Source of the DNA: Amoeboaphelidium occidentale
Lineage: Eukaryota
Assembly: GCA_023515795.1 (NCBI GenBank)
Contig: JALGPX010000099.1
Span: forward strand, 1-42,381
Length of the DNA: 42,381 bases
Direction: 5' to 3'
Both the position numbers and the translations under genes were made by a program. The notes below the pieces were generated by a model, which saw nothing but the letters and a program-made list of their open reading frames with translations, was not told the DNA's origin and did no database searches. Positions 10,429 through 22,276 of this stretch are shown in pieces (the stretch's first letter is position 1; each line of letters begins with the position of its first letter).

Positions 10429-13400
10429 TTAGAAAGGAATTCCATTTGTCAACTTTTGATATCCATCGTAAATATAAGTTGACCAAGCTCTATGAGAAGC
10501 ATGAACAAGAGAAACCATGTATTGAGCTGCCAACTTCTCGCTTAGATCCAACTGGAAACGATCTCTCAATCTATGAATAGTCAACTCTCCCTTGAAGCAA
10601 GGCAATCCTGATTCCAACATCAAAGACACCATTTGACATATTTGGTCTGCATATGGTCTGCAAGCCAAGAAGGCTTTGATACAGTACTCAACAAAAGTCT
10701 TGTAGTACTTTGAACTAGAAGAACCTCCCATGATTTGGATCATTTCCTTTGTTAGCTTAAACGGACTCAATTCAAACTTAACCCCACCTGGACAGATGTC
10801 AAAGATGTATCCAAAGTCAATATGAACAAGATGCCCATCTTCATCAACCAGAACATTTCCATTATGACGATCCTTAATCTGGAGCAAATACAAAATTACA
10901 GAGTAAGCTGCCAAAGACTTGATAAAAGAGTCTCTAGCTTTTTGAAATGACAAACTCTTTTCATCGCCATATTTGGACAAGAACCACTGATACAGGTCAT
11001 TGATGTTGGATCTTCCCATTTGATCACGACTAACACTGTTGGGTACTACCTCAATAATTCCACAGCCTGGAGCAGTTGCAACTATTCTGTAAGGAAACAA
11101 GAACAAATCCAAGCCAACGCTCGAGAAAATATTACTGAAAATTGCAATCAATTGTAAAGCTAAAACATCCTGTCTACAATCGTCGCCAACTAAAGAAATC
11201 AGAGTAATAACATAAAAGCATACCTTTAAAAATGGCAGACTGCCATGTCGAATTTTCATCATTTTCTTCTGGCGAGTTGATATCATCATTTTGGTCATCT
11301 TGCAAGAACAAGCTTTCATAACTGCTTTGCTTCTTTGTTTCTCCGATATCTAATGCAGAGCCAACAAATGTAGCTTGATCAGGAGCCGCAGCCTTTTTGA
11401 TTCTAAATGTGGCCATAAATGGAGCTTTGGCATGACTCTGTAAAGGACGGCCAGATTTGTAATCAATGTCGACCACGATACTTTCTGGATTGCTAGGCAA
11501 GTAAACTCCGGGATCAACCTTGATAAGTTTCAACTCCTCATCGATTTTCTGCTTCTTTTCGTTCTTAGGCCGCTTGATATATGGTTTCAATAAACCTGAG
11601 ATTCCAGTGATCTTTGTAAAGAATGTAAATTCGCGCTCATAAAACTCCTTGTCGATGCCAGACAGGGAACGTAAAATTCTTTCAGTGACCCTATCGTAAG
11701 TAGAGTCCATGGTGGTTAACTGATTTGCAGCTTCCTGCGCAGAAGCTTCTTCATTGTCACTCTTGTTAGCATTCATGTTCCAAATGATTTGATGAGCAAA
11801 CAACTGATTCAATTTGGCAGTATTCACAATAAACTGTTCTGCATAACCATTATTATCATGGCGCAAAGTTTGAACAATTTGCGGAACATAAAAGAAGACA
11901 AGTTCAACAGGATAGTAATCCAAGCTCCTCAAGCCATACTGAATGACATAAGGATGTGATTGCTGAAAGAAGGATACAGCAGTAACAGGAGAAACAGGAG
12001 CCCAGTAAATCAAGTATTTCAAAGCAGATAGATTTTTCTTCAAAGAATTCTCGCGGACCAAGAATTGAATAGCTTCGGCAAAAGGAGTGCAAAAGAAAGC
12101 GTGCTTTGCAACTAGTTTCTCCAATTCAGATGCAGAGCCTGGTAAAAATCCCTTAGCTGCCAAATTAATTGCAAGTCTAGGATAGATATTCCAAACTGAG
12201 TTGATAAAAGGTCTGCAAAAGCTTTCATCATATCTCTTTCTTACCCTGAACATAGTGTCATCAAAAATCTCATTCTTTTCCTTTTTATCAGTTGGATTAT
12301 ACCAAACAAGCAACTTGTGTAATTCAAGCTCAAGCACTTCAATTGAAATGGTTTGGATATTCCTAATTTTATCAATCTTGGTCAGAACAATCTCTCTTTC
12401 ACTTTCAATCAAGAATTTATCGGTGGAGACCAGAGAAGCACCATCTGATTCCAGAGGAACTAAAGTGTCGTCATCATATTGGATGACGCTATTGTTTTGA
12501 ATAATCGCAGTAATAACTGCATCATTCAGAGGAGCTTCTGCTGCAATTTCCCTCTTGACAGTGGCAAAAATCTCCAACAAGGTATCAATATCATTTGCCA
12601 TGAACTTGGAATCATATGCGTTTGCTGCCGGCAAACCTAACATTCCCAACAACAACTCATAAAGTCTGGTCTTCATAGTATATTCACGATGCCAGTCTAG
12701 AATCTTGCGATCTTTGATAACCTTCCAGGCCAACAACCAAATCTTGAAATAGCAAAGTCGTGCAATCGGATGATTACTTGACTGACCACGCCTGTACATT
12801 GTACACTGAACTAGTCTCAAATACGCAGCGGTATGATCTCTTGAGGCTCCTCTGTACTTTTCATAATGAGAAGTCAAAAATTGAATCCAAGTAAGATGAG
12901 GAAGAAAGTATTGGATCGAAGCCTCAAGCTCTTTTTGACTCTTTGGAGAAGGACCGTAGTTCATCTTCTTGTTAAAAGTACTGACAACGTTGTATTTGTG
13001 ACTGAAGATGCCACGACTACGACGAATTGCCCATTCCCAAACTTCAATACTTTCATTCAAGAATCTCAATTCTAAGTCAGGGCGACTGACAATAAACCAG
13101 TTCCATGCATCAGTAGCAGCTCTGACAGAGGAAGTAGTAAAGATTTGAATTGGAGCAGAGCAAAACAATGAGAACAGTTCGTTATCCAGTTTCTTTTCTG
13201 TGATAAGAACACCAGCAGTTTTGTAGAAAATCTCGTACAATTTAGCATCCGCAACAGCCACCTTATTTGCAGCAGAAGCTACCAAATATTTAAGCTCTTG
13301 TTTAATACTGTTGACAACGCCGTCACTTGACCCTCCATCTGCGAAGGCGCTTCTTTCTCCTTCAATATTGCCACGATAGAATAACTGCTGCCCGTATAAA

Positions 13401-16354
13401 CCAATGAATCGGGTGGCATTAGACACATACTTGGTACTGAGAGGATTGATCGAAATTCCATACAAATCTTGACAAGCCTCTTTGGAGACACTCAATTCAG
13501 ATATCAAAGAAACTCCAGCATGAATAACATTATTTTTATCATTTGTAGTGTTAATAAACTTGTACAAGAAGCTTTGCAAGGTAGCAACCATCTCATCTGA
13601 AGACTTTATCAAAACTTCCTTCAATTGATAGGACCAATAGTCTCTGTACTTGTGCAATAATTGATGCCTAAAACTCAAACCTCTGCTAATCTCAATATTC
13701 TTGACAACAGCTTGACCTTGAACAACATATGAGTAACTTGCTGTTCCTAGCACTTCTTCATTATAAGCAGTAAACAATGTATGCAACAATTCAAATACCG
13801 TATCTAACACAACTTCATTGTTTCTGATAACAAACGGAAAGCTGGCCAGAATTACAGAAAGATCTTTCAGAATAATGTTTGAAACCTGAACAATTGGACA
13901 AGGATACTGGAGAATAATGTTGGTCACTTGATTAATAATTGTCCAGTTAAAATTATCACAAGCGTGCTTATACTTGGCGACGAAGTTGTGAATCATCTTT
14001 TCTGTGATCATTTTAACTTGATCATACAAATCTGTGGAGTACAATTCTTGCAAATACTCGTACATGCGATACAATCTCGGCTGATCAAACATGAGTGATT
14101 CGACTGAATACAGTTCCAACAAGAACAGTAAAAGCTTTTCCTCCAATAAACTTGCATTATTCATATCAAAGAATTGTTTAATGAGCCTGTCTCTCTTTTC
14201 TTCCATTGATTTGCTCATGCACTTCATAAAAGTGTTAACAATCGGATCAGTTTTCAAATCAGCAACAATAAGTTTTGAAGATCCTTTTCTTATAAGCAAA
14301 GGCGTCTTCTTTGCTGTTTGTGTTGCAGAGTCTAGCCATGCTGGAAACCATGTGCCTTTGTCATCGGTTCCGATTAACATTGCCAACATCCAAACGCTTC
14401 TAATCAGAATCAACAGTTCTTTCTTGGGAGTAAATACACCATCATTAGAATAGTTTATGAAACACTGTCTTATAATCAACAGTAACCATATCAATTCTTT
14501 ATGAGTATTAACCAGAAAAGTTGATTTTGTCGTTGAGTTAGGGTCTACACTGTCAAAGACGCTTTTAGAGATCTTTTCGTCTCTTTTAATGACTTCAGTG
14601 CCCTTTTCAATAAACAACAACGCAAGACGTTCCAAGTATGCTTCGTTCAGAGTATCAAAGCCTTTTACTTTTCTTGCAATAACCATGTGATACTCTGTTA
14701 TCAGTCTCATCAAACCGACCTTCTTTGAGTAAGCTTCAACACTGATATCACTGTCCATAAATTTAATGCTGCTATTTGCCAAACACAAATAATTCAAAGC
14801 ATCAATGACTTCCACGAAACTTTCAAATCCTCTACCAATAGCCAACTGAGGTAAAAATTGCATGATGCTAGAGGCAACGTTTGTATCAGCATACTCCTTG
14901 AGTAACAAAGCAAACAAAGGTGTAACCGTCTGAGAGGATGTGTCCGATGGGTACTCGCATGCCAAGTAACCAATTATACAAACCAAGTTTTCAGCAACAA
15001 CCTCATCTCTGTTCTCAAGACCGCTCAAGGAGTTAACATAATGCAACAATGCTTGGTTCATCTCATCATCATTTGAAGCAGTTTTTAAGCATTTCGAGAC
15101 ATTAAAGCCCATAGCATTACGCAGAATGCGTTTGTTCTCTTCATTTTCAGTTCTTGTGATTTCATGAAACTTGCCACCAATAATCAAACTAGAGAATGTT
15201 TGATTTACAAACCAAAGAATATCTTTGAAAGCTTGTCCAAGTATCCCTAAAGCTTGGATTATCGATTGATAAACAAATGGATCTTTTGTAAGCTTTGATG
15301 GTTCCTCCAAAAACGAGGCCAATTTTTGAACATGATCTGCAGCATTATCTTGTAATAGGATAGACACATTGACATAAAGCTGAAGCAAAACCACGTAATA
15401 TTGTCTCTCGCTAGCACTGTCCATGGACACTTTCTGAAGTCCAGCCACACAAGATTCAGAACATTTTTTAAGCAACTTGATCATATTCACAGGATTCTTA
15501 TCACTGTTCGTTTTAGCAAAAGCAATACTTTCATGCAATTGTGCGCAGCCTTTCATCCAGTTCTCTTGAAACGTGATAGGATTTGCTCTACCATACTTTA
15601 AAGTTAAATCTCTCAGACACGCCATTGCCAAAGGAACAATATCATTGCAAATACTAGTCAAGCGCAACTGCATATCACCAGCAAAAGGCATTTCCCATTC
15701 GTCAGGAGAAGCAATAGCTTGTTTCGATAGAACATTCATGATATCCCTTCCATTAAAAGATTCAAACTGCAAAAGACACTCGATGAGAAGTTCACTGTAC
15801 TCAACTTGAAGTTCAACATTGAAGCCTACCAAGGCTCTCAGTATACCATTAATAAAGGGCAAAATAACAGTTCCTGTATAAGAGGCTTGCTTTGATCCTT
15901 CCTTGCTCAAACCAAGAAGCTTCTGCAATATGGAACTGATGCTCTTGATTATGTGATCTTGCATACCCCAACTTTTATCTGAACATTCCAATAATCTCTT
16001 TGTCAGGGAATATATGAAACTGTCAACAGGCAAGTAAGACAATGAATAATGATTGCTCGTAGCCCAAGTAAACTCCAAAGACAATTCATAATACATCGTA
16101 ACAAGAGGAATAAGTTTCTCCTGGAACTTTCCTTTACTCAGGCACACAAATTTTGTTATTGCCAGAACAGCCAATTGCTCTGTTTTCGACAGAAATCCCA
16201 AAGGAACAAGCACAGAGTGTTCATCTTCAGCTTCAGCAGTAGCGTATGAAAGCAACGGAGTTAAATCTTCAAATGTGCTCTTGGGATTTGAAGCCAAAGA
16301 CTTTGCCCAATTATCCAGGGCTTCAGCGAATACCAAACGGCCGATCGTGTCCAT
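10429..16354 (-). CDS. STT4: Phosphatidylinositol 4-kinase type III alpha; intron 11190-11223
   Basis: LQSHAKAPF, IFK|VGDDCRQD across the intron, KDRHNGN, HIDFG, C-terminal TNGIPF. Confidence 0.93.
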
Positions 16355-16455
16355 TGCGACAACCAAGCCAAAACTGTTTGAACAAAAGAAAAACGGATTA
16401 TTGTCAGATAGTGCTTCTATTTAAATGCGTGCCCTTCTAGTCACCTCCTTATGGG

Positions 16456-17644
16456 TTAATCGTCATACTGAAATTTAACTGAGCTGATTGCCATGTTTAT
16501 CTTGCCGCCGCGATAACTTCCCTTCTTCTTCTTATTCTTTTCTTTCGTGAAACCTTTACCGCGCGTCTTTGAGAGGGCTTCGTGAGCTTTTAATCCGTAA
16601 GAATCGTCCTTTGTTTCAAATCTGTTGTCCTTTAGTCTTTCATCTAAAAATTCCACTTCTTCCTTCTTGACTCTCTGAAAGAATTTTGGCTTGTCTGCTG
16701 CTTCTTGTTCTGCAGATGTCTCAGCCTTACGTTTCTTTGAGACTTCAGGAGGTGTTGGTGGAGCTTTGATTTCTGCGACAGGTTTTTCAACAGGTTTTTC
16801 CTCTCCATCGGAATCTGAGTCTGAGCTTGAGCTATCAGAAGATGAAGATGAAGATGAAGAAGATGCACTATCAGCCTTCGCGTCAGATTCTGCATCAGAG
16901 CTTGAACTTTCATCTGATGAAGACGAGTCTGAGGAGGATGAGGAAGAATCTTTTGATGCGACTGCAACTTCCTTCTTCGTGATCTCCTTCTTAACTTCAA
17001 CTTCATCTTCAGAGTCGGAATCAGAACTTGAGCTATCCGATGATGAAGAACTATCATCGCTAGAACTTTCAGAGCTTGATGCTTCGACAACCTTTTGTTT
17101 CGCATCATCGTCCTTCTTTTTCACATCAACCTCTGCTTCGCTTTCTGAATCGGAACTTGAGCTATCATCATCCGAAGACGAGCTATCATCAGAAGAGGAT
17201 TTAACAACTTCTTGTTTCTCCTTCACTTCAACTGCGGAATCAGAATCAGAGCTTGAACTATCACTTGAGGAGGAAGATGCAGAAACTTTAGCCTTTTTAT
17301 CATCATTAACTTTAACAACGCGTTCAGTCTCAGACTCGGACTCAGAGCTTGAATCTGAAGAATCTGAATCTGATGAAGACGCGACATCCTTCACAGCCTT
17401 GACAGCTTTACCAGATTCTTCCAACAAACATGATAATGTCTTATTGTAACCCTTCTTCTTTAAAACTTTGATAATATCTTCCAATTCCAATGTCATNNNN
17501 NNNNNNNNNNNNNNNNTCTGATGAAGACGCGACATCCTTCACAGCCTTGACAGCTTTACCAGATTCCTCCAACAAACATGATAATGTCTTATTGTAACCC
17601 TTCTTCTTTAAAACTTTGATAATATCTTCCAATTCCAATGTCAT
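16456..17644 (-). CDS. SRP40: Srp40/Nopp140 nucleolar phosphoprotein (5' end duplicated across gap; single-copy CDS 16456-17496)
   Basis: Alternating Ser/Asp and Lys tracts; SRP40_C-type tail TRGKGFTKEKNKKKKGSYRGGKI...KF. Confidence 0.9.
17369..17644. repeat. 128-bp direct duplication flanking N-gap (probable assembly overlap)
   Basis: 17369-17496 matches 17517-17644 with one synonymous T/C difference; gap at 17497-17516. Confidence 0.9.
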
Positions 17645-17810
17645 GTTTTCGTAATTCTTGATCAAAAATCAAAAAGTTGTTCAGGGGCACTAAAAGATAG
17701 CTCCAGCGCAAACGAACCAACAGGAGTCAATAGCTCATAAATACGTAATAAGAAATACACAAAATAGACAAAGTTTAAAGGGTTTATTAAGAACATGCTA
17801 CGATCAAGCT

Positions 17811-18088
17811 TTACAGTTTCTCATAAGGTTCCCTAAACCCCAAATTTCCCTGATTATTATAATTCTTAATGTCCCTCTCCTTCATAAGATAGTCGAAATA
17901 GTCCAGAGCCTTCTTCTTTTCCCTACCGTCCTCTCTCTTCAAATAGTCTGCGATAGGCCTCATGCACATCACAGCCGCAGTTATGCCTTTACAAAAATCA
18001 CATTAAAAATACCTTCAAAGGGGGGTTGAATCGTACCTGCAATAGGAAGCATTGAAGACCAGGGTATAATGTAAACAGCTGATGACAT
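17811..18088 (-). CDS. NDUFA1: Complex I subunit NDUFA1 (MWFE)-like, 75 aa (not in ORF track); intron 17987-18036
   Basis: Spliced MSSAVYIIPWSSMLPIAGITAAVMCMRPIADYLKREDGREKKKALDYFDYLMKERD...; PW..MLP TM segment and LD.FD..M.ERD resemble MWFE. Confidence 0.75.
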
Positions 18089-18176
18089 TTTGCTTTTGCG
18101 CTGGGGCAACTGATTTCTTCAAAGAAAAAAAGGAACTGAATCTGTCGCTCGTGCTTTCGACAATACAGAAAACAAA

Positions 18177-19498
18177 ATGGACACTGGAATTCTGAGGCTG
18201 CTGTTATTCTCTTTTACATCTTTTGTCGCTGTTCTTTTCGCTCCGTTGGCTCTGTTCTTTTATGTTTTCTGTTCTACGCAAAAGCCTGAGTATCCAAGAT
18301 TATACTTCAAGGGCGGCAAGAGAATCACTTCGATTGTGAAGCGCATGGATATTCTGAAGAAGAAGTATCGCCCTTATCTACTCACATTTGTTCTGGAGCC
18401 TCTGAAGATAATTGTGCCAACGATCGAAGGGCATCTAATGACATTCTTTCATGAGTTCGTTCGAGAGTATTCTGGTGTGAAGTTTGTGCGTGAACATTTG
18501 CAAACTGTTGATGGCGGAGAAGTTTCAATTGATATTTACGATGGAGACGATGATGGTGATGATCTTATGGTTTCTTTGGATAAGAAATGTATAATGATCA
18601 TTGTGCACGGATTAGTTGGATCTTCTGAGTCCCATTATGTTCAGAACTATTGCCATCAATTGATCTCACAAGGGATATGGTAAACTACTGTACGCTTTTG
18701 ATTCTAACTGTGTATAGCCCTATTGTTATGAATGCCAGAGGTTGTGGCAACATGAAACTGAAGAGCGAGAGATACTTCACGACACACTACACGGAAGACA
18801 TTAGGATGGTCGTAAACACAGTCCATGCAAAGTATCCAAATGCAACTCTTCTCATCTCTGCTTACTCGCTTGGTTCTAATCTATTAACAAAGTATCTTGG
18901 TGAAGAAGGAGCATCGACACCATTGAGTGGTGCGATTGCTTTTGCTAATCCATTCTGTTGGTTGACAATATCTGATCATTTGATGAAACCACTGGAAAAG
19001 CGCCTTTACAATTATTTATTAACTCGATCTCTTGTCAATTATTTGCAGAAGCATTCTTATGCTTTTGAAACTATTGATTTCCACAAGGATCAATTGTTTG
19101 AATTGAAAACATTGCAGGAGTACGATCAGAAAGTCACGCTAAAACTCTGGGGCATGGAGTCATTGGAAAAGTACTACGTCGAATCTTCTGGTAAGCTGTT
19201 TCTGTCAAAGGTAAAAGTTCCATTCCTGATCATGAATGCTCTCGATGATCCCATCATTCCTATGGAAGCTATTGACTATGAGGGATGCATGGCAAACGAA
19301 AACATTTGTCTGGTGACTACGCAATATGGTGGTCATGTTGCATGGATGGAAGGAAACATCTTGCCTGATGATATTTCATGGGCTGACAAGGTTGGTACTG
19401 AGTTTTGCAAGTCAGTTTACGATCACGTAAAGGCATCAAGAGAAGATGATGTTGTTTTTGAGTCCCTTGTGGATAATGAAGCGAAAATGTTGAAATAA
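18177..19498 (+). CDS. Alpha/beta hydrolase, ABHD1-3/Eht1-Eeb1 family; intron 18680-18717
   Basis: DGG.V.ID, HGLVGSSES.Y, NARGC, AYSLG nucleophile elbow, NALDDP, GGHVAW. Confidence 0.88.
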
Positions 19499-19522
19499 AG
19501 TTCTTTTTTAAACTTTTCAAAA

Positions 19523-19900
19523 ATGTTGACGAATTATCAGCGAGTTCTTGACAAGAAGAAGAAAGAGAAAGTCAGAAAAATGGTGGTACGAAAAGAGTAC
19601 TACAAAACTCTGAAGAAGGAGGGCATGCTGGAATCCAAAAGGACTGGCGGAAAGCACGACAATCAGAGGGACAAAAAGCAGATTGATCGGAATGCTAAGC
19701 GTGCTAACGAGGAAAAAGACAAACAGGAAAAGGCTATAGAAGCAGAAAAGGAGGCCTTGGACAAAGAGAAAAGAAGAAGAGATAGAGAGCGAGAAAACAA
19801 AGCGATGAAGAAGAGGACAAGTAAAGGACAGATATTGATGGCACCGCGCATTAACGTATTACTAGAAAAGATTAAGAGGGATATCAAGAACGACAAGTGA
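19523..19900 (+). CDS. Fyv7/CCDC59-like rRNA-processing protein
   Basis: Lys/Arg/Glu-rich coiled coil ending KRTSKGQILMAPRINVLLEKIK. Confidence 0.75.
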   Translation: MLTNYQRVLDKKKKEKVRKMVVRKEYYKTLKKEGMLESKRTGGKHDNQRDKKQIDRNAKRANEEKDKQEKAIEAEKEALDKEKRRRDRERENKAMKKRTSKGQILMAPRINVLLEKIKRDIKNDK

Positions 19901-20124
19901 TTTTTAAATAGACTTTTAAATTTACGACGTTAGGTGCCATTTTGCTACGATACGCTTTGATGGTTGCGGCTTCAAATCACGATGTGACAAACGCTTAGAA
20001 GCAACCAATCAACGTCATGTTGCATGATCCCGCAAGGAGTAAAGAAATCGTTTTTCACATTTTTCTTCAAAGCACAACTGGTAATCGTTCTCTGTTTGTT
20101 GTTTCAGTCTTATTGTTTAGCGAT

Positions 20125-21987
20125 ATGGTTAATATTCCGTCACAGCTGTTTGGTCAGCCGCGTAAAGCATTACACAGGCTATCAAGATCTTACGCCATCA
20201 ATAGAGAGGACGCAAGAAGAAGAGCCTTGTTTCGTTTAGGTGAACGCTTTCTGTTTGGCAAAGAGGAGGAAGTGAAGGATGAAGTGAAGGCGATGATATA
20301 CTTCAAACAAGCAGCAGATCGTGGATACACGCTGGCAACGTCTGTTATGGGTTTCATGTACGAGTTTGGAATCGGATGTGAAATGAATTTCAAGGAGGCT
20401 GAGCGTCTTTACTTGGAAGCAGCATACACGGACGGAGATGGGCTAGCAATGGCAAGATTAGCGTTCTTACGAAAATATGGTCGTCCTGGAGTGAAAATCG
20501 ATCGTGTCGAAGCAGAAGCATGGTTGCAAAGAGTTTCCTCGCGTGGACGTGAGTGCATTGAATGGATAATCGAAGCAGCGGATGTTTCAAAGAATTCTTG
20601 TGCACAATACGCTCTTGGTGTTTGTTACCATGATGGCGTCGGTGTCGAGAAGAATGAAGCACTAGCTGTGCATTATTATCGTTTGTCTGCTGAACAAGGA
20701 AATCCAAGAGGCCAAGGTATTCTTGGCTTCTGTTACGGCGAAGGCTTCGGCGTTGAAAAAGACGAGAAAGAGGCAATGAAGTATTACATGTTGGCCGCAG
20801 AGCAAGGCGAATCTGTTGCTATCTACAATGTTGGGTACTGTTATGAAGACGGTATTGGAGTTGAAAAGAATGAGCTGGAAGCTGTAAGGTATTACAGAAT
20901 AAGTGCTGGCTTGGGCAATGCTTTTGCTCTTAACAGTCTTGGCTACTGTTATGAAGATGGAATCGGAGTCGAAATTGATGAAGAAAAAGCGGTAATGTAC
21001 TATCGTTTATCTGCAGAACAAGGTTATCCATGGGCTGAATGCAATCTAGGCTATTGTTATCAAAATGGCATTGGCGTCGAAAAAGACGAAGCTGTTGGAG
21101 CACAATGGTATGCAAAAGCAGCGCGTCAGTCACATTCCAGAGCACAACACAATTATGGCTACTGTTTCCAGAATGGTATTGGTGTTGAGAAGGATGAGGA
21201 AAAGGCTGTTTACTGGTATAAGAAGAGTGCAGAACAACAAAACTGCTTTGCTTATCATAGTCTTGGTTATTGCGCTCAAAATGGTATCGGTATGGCCAAG
21301 GACGAAGTAGCCGCAGTGAAATACTATACTAAAAGTGCAGAACTTAATCATGCTCCAGCACAGTTGTCATTAGGATACTGCTTCAGAAACGGTATCGGTG
21401 TCGAGAAGGATCTAGAGAAGGCAGTTTTCTGGTTTCAAAAAGCAGCTGATCAAGGCAATTCTTTGGCACAAAATTCGTTGGGCTACTGTTATGAAGATGG
21501 ATTAGGAGTAGCAAAAGATCCTGCAATGGCCGTCCACTATTACCGTTTATCTGCAGCTCAGAATAATCCTTGGGCTCTAACCAATTTGGGCTTTTGCTAC
21601 AGTGAAGGAATTGGAGTACCAAGAAACGACGTTGAAGCGTTCAAGTTATACGAAAAAGCCGCTTTACAGAATCACCAGAGAGCCATGAATAAGTTGGCCA
21701 TGTGCTACTTGAATGGCGTTGGAACAGAATGCAACCCTGAAACTGGCGTTGAGTGGTTGAGAAAAGCAGCAGAGCTTGGTTACACTGCATCGCAATTCCA
21801 ATTAGGTGTTTGCTTTGAAAAGGGCCTAGGCTGCGAAAAGGACTTGAATGAAGCGCTTTTATGGTATGAAAAAGCTGCAGCAAGCGGTGATAGCAACGCT
21901 AATGAAAGATTAACAAGATTACTTACTTCAGGATGTTTAAGTGCCGAATCGCGTTTGGTTCTTGGACACGCAGCGTGCTGCGCCTAA
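20125..21987 (+). CDS. SEL1-like repeat protein (about 14 repeats); possible 5'UTR intron 20081-20120
   Basis: 36-aa repeats AQxxLGYCYxxGIGVEKDxxxAVxxYxxSAEQG; start may be 20017 or 20125. Confidence 0.9.
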   Translation: MVNIPSQLFGQPRKALHRLSRSYAINREDARRRALFRLGERFLFGKEEEVKDEVKAMIYFKQAADRGYTLATSVMGFMYEFGIGCEMNFKEAERLYLEAAYTDGDGLAMARLAFLRKYGRPGVKIDRVEAEAWLQRVSSRGRECIEWIIEAADVSKNSCAQYALGVCYHDGVGVEKNEALAVHYYRLSAEQGNPRGQGILGFCYGEGFGVEKDEKEAMKYYMLAAEQGESVAIYNVGYCYEDGIGVEKNELEAVRYYRISAGLGNAFALNSLGYCYEDGIGVEIDEEKAVMYYRLSAEQGYPWAECNLGYCYQNGIGVEKDEAVGAQWYAKAARQSHSRAQHNYGYCFQNGIGVEKDEEKAVYWYKKSAEQQNCFAYHSLGYCAQNGIGMAKDEVAAVKYYTKSAELNHAPAQLSLGYCFRNGIGVEKDLEKAVFWFQKAADQGNSLAQNSLGYCYEDGLGVAKDPAMAVHYYRLSAAQNNPWALTNLGFCYSEGIGVPRNDVEAFKLYEKAALQNHQRAMNKLAMCYLNGVGTECNPETGVEWLRKAAELGYTASQFQLGVCFEKGLGCEKDLNEALLWYEKAAASGDSNANERLTRLLTSGCLSAESRLVLGHAACCA

Positions 21988-22276
21988 TCCGTTTAACACA
22001 TATAAATAAAATCCGCATCAGATTATTAGTATTTCCGTTGATTTCAGCTTCGAAGAATCGGCCTGTTTCGATCTCAGGGGAAAACCAAAACCCGTCGATC
22101 ATTCAGCGCGATTTTTGCATCCGCGGCGACCAAGTAGCGAAGAAGAGTTATTCAGGCTCTTCAAAACTAATTCGGAAAACACTTTTGGCCACGCAAAAGA
22201 GTCGGAAAACTCATTCTAAGAGAGGCTTAGCTGTCCATTTTGTGGATTCGTCAAAGTTTAACCAGATTTGATTGCT

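Noticed and set aside
16691..17449. 252-aa plus-strand ORF and 154-aa alternative-frame ORF
   Set aside because: Shadows of the low-complexity Ser/Asp SRP40 coding sequence.
20560..21900. Regular 108-bp periodicity resembling an array
   Set aside because: Protein-coding SEL1 repeats, not a CRISPR or DNA repeat array.
21967..21987. C-terminal HAACCA as a CaaX box (Chs4/Skt5-like)
   Set aside because: Cys is not at position -4, so it is not a canonical CaaX, and orthology is unsupported.
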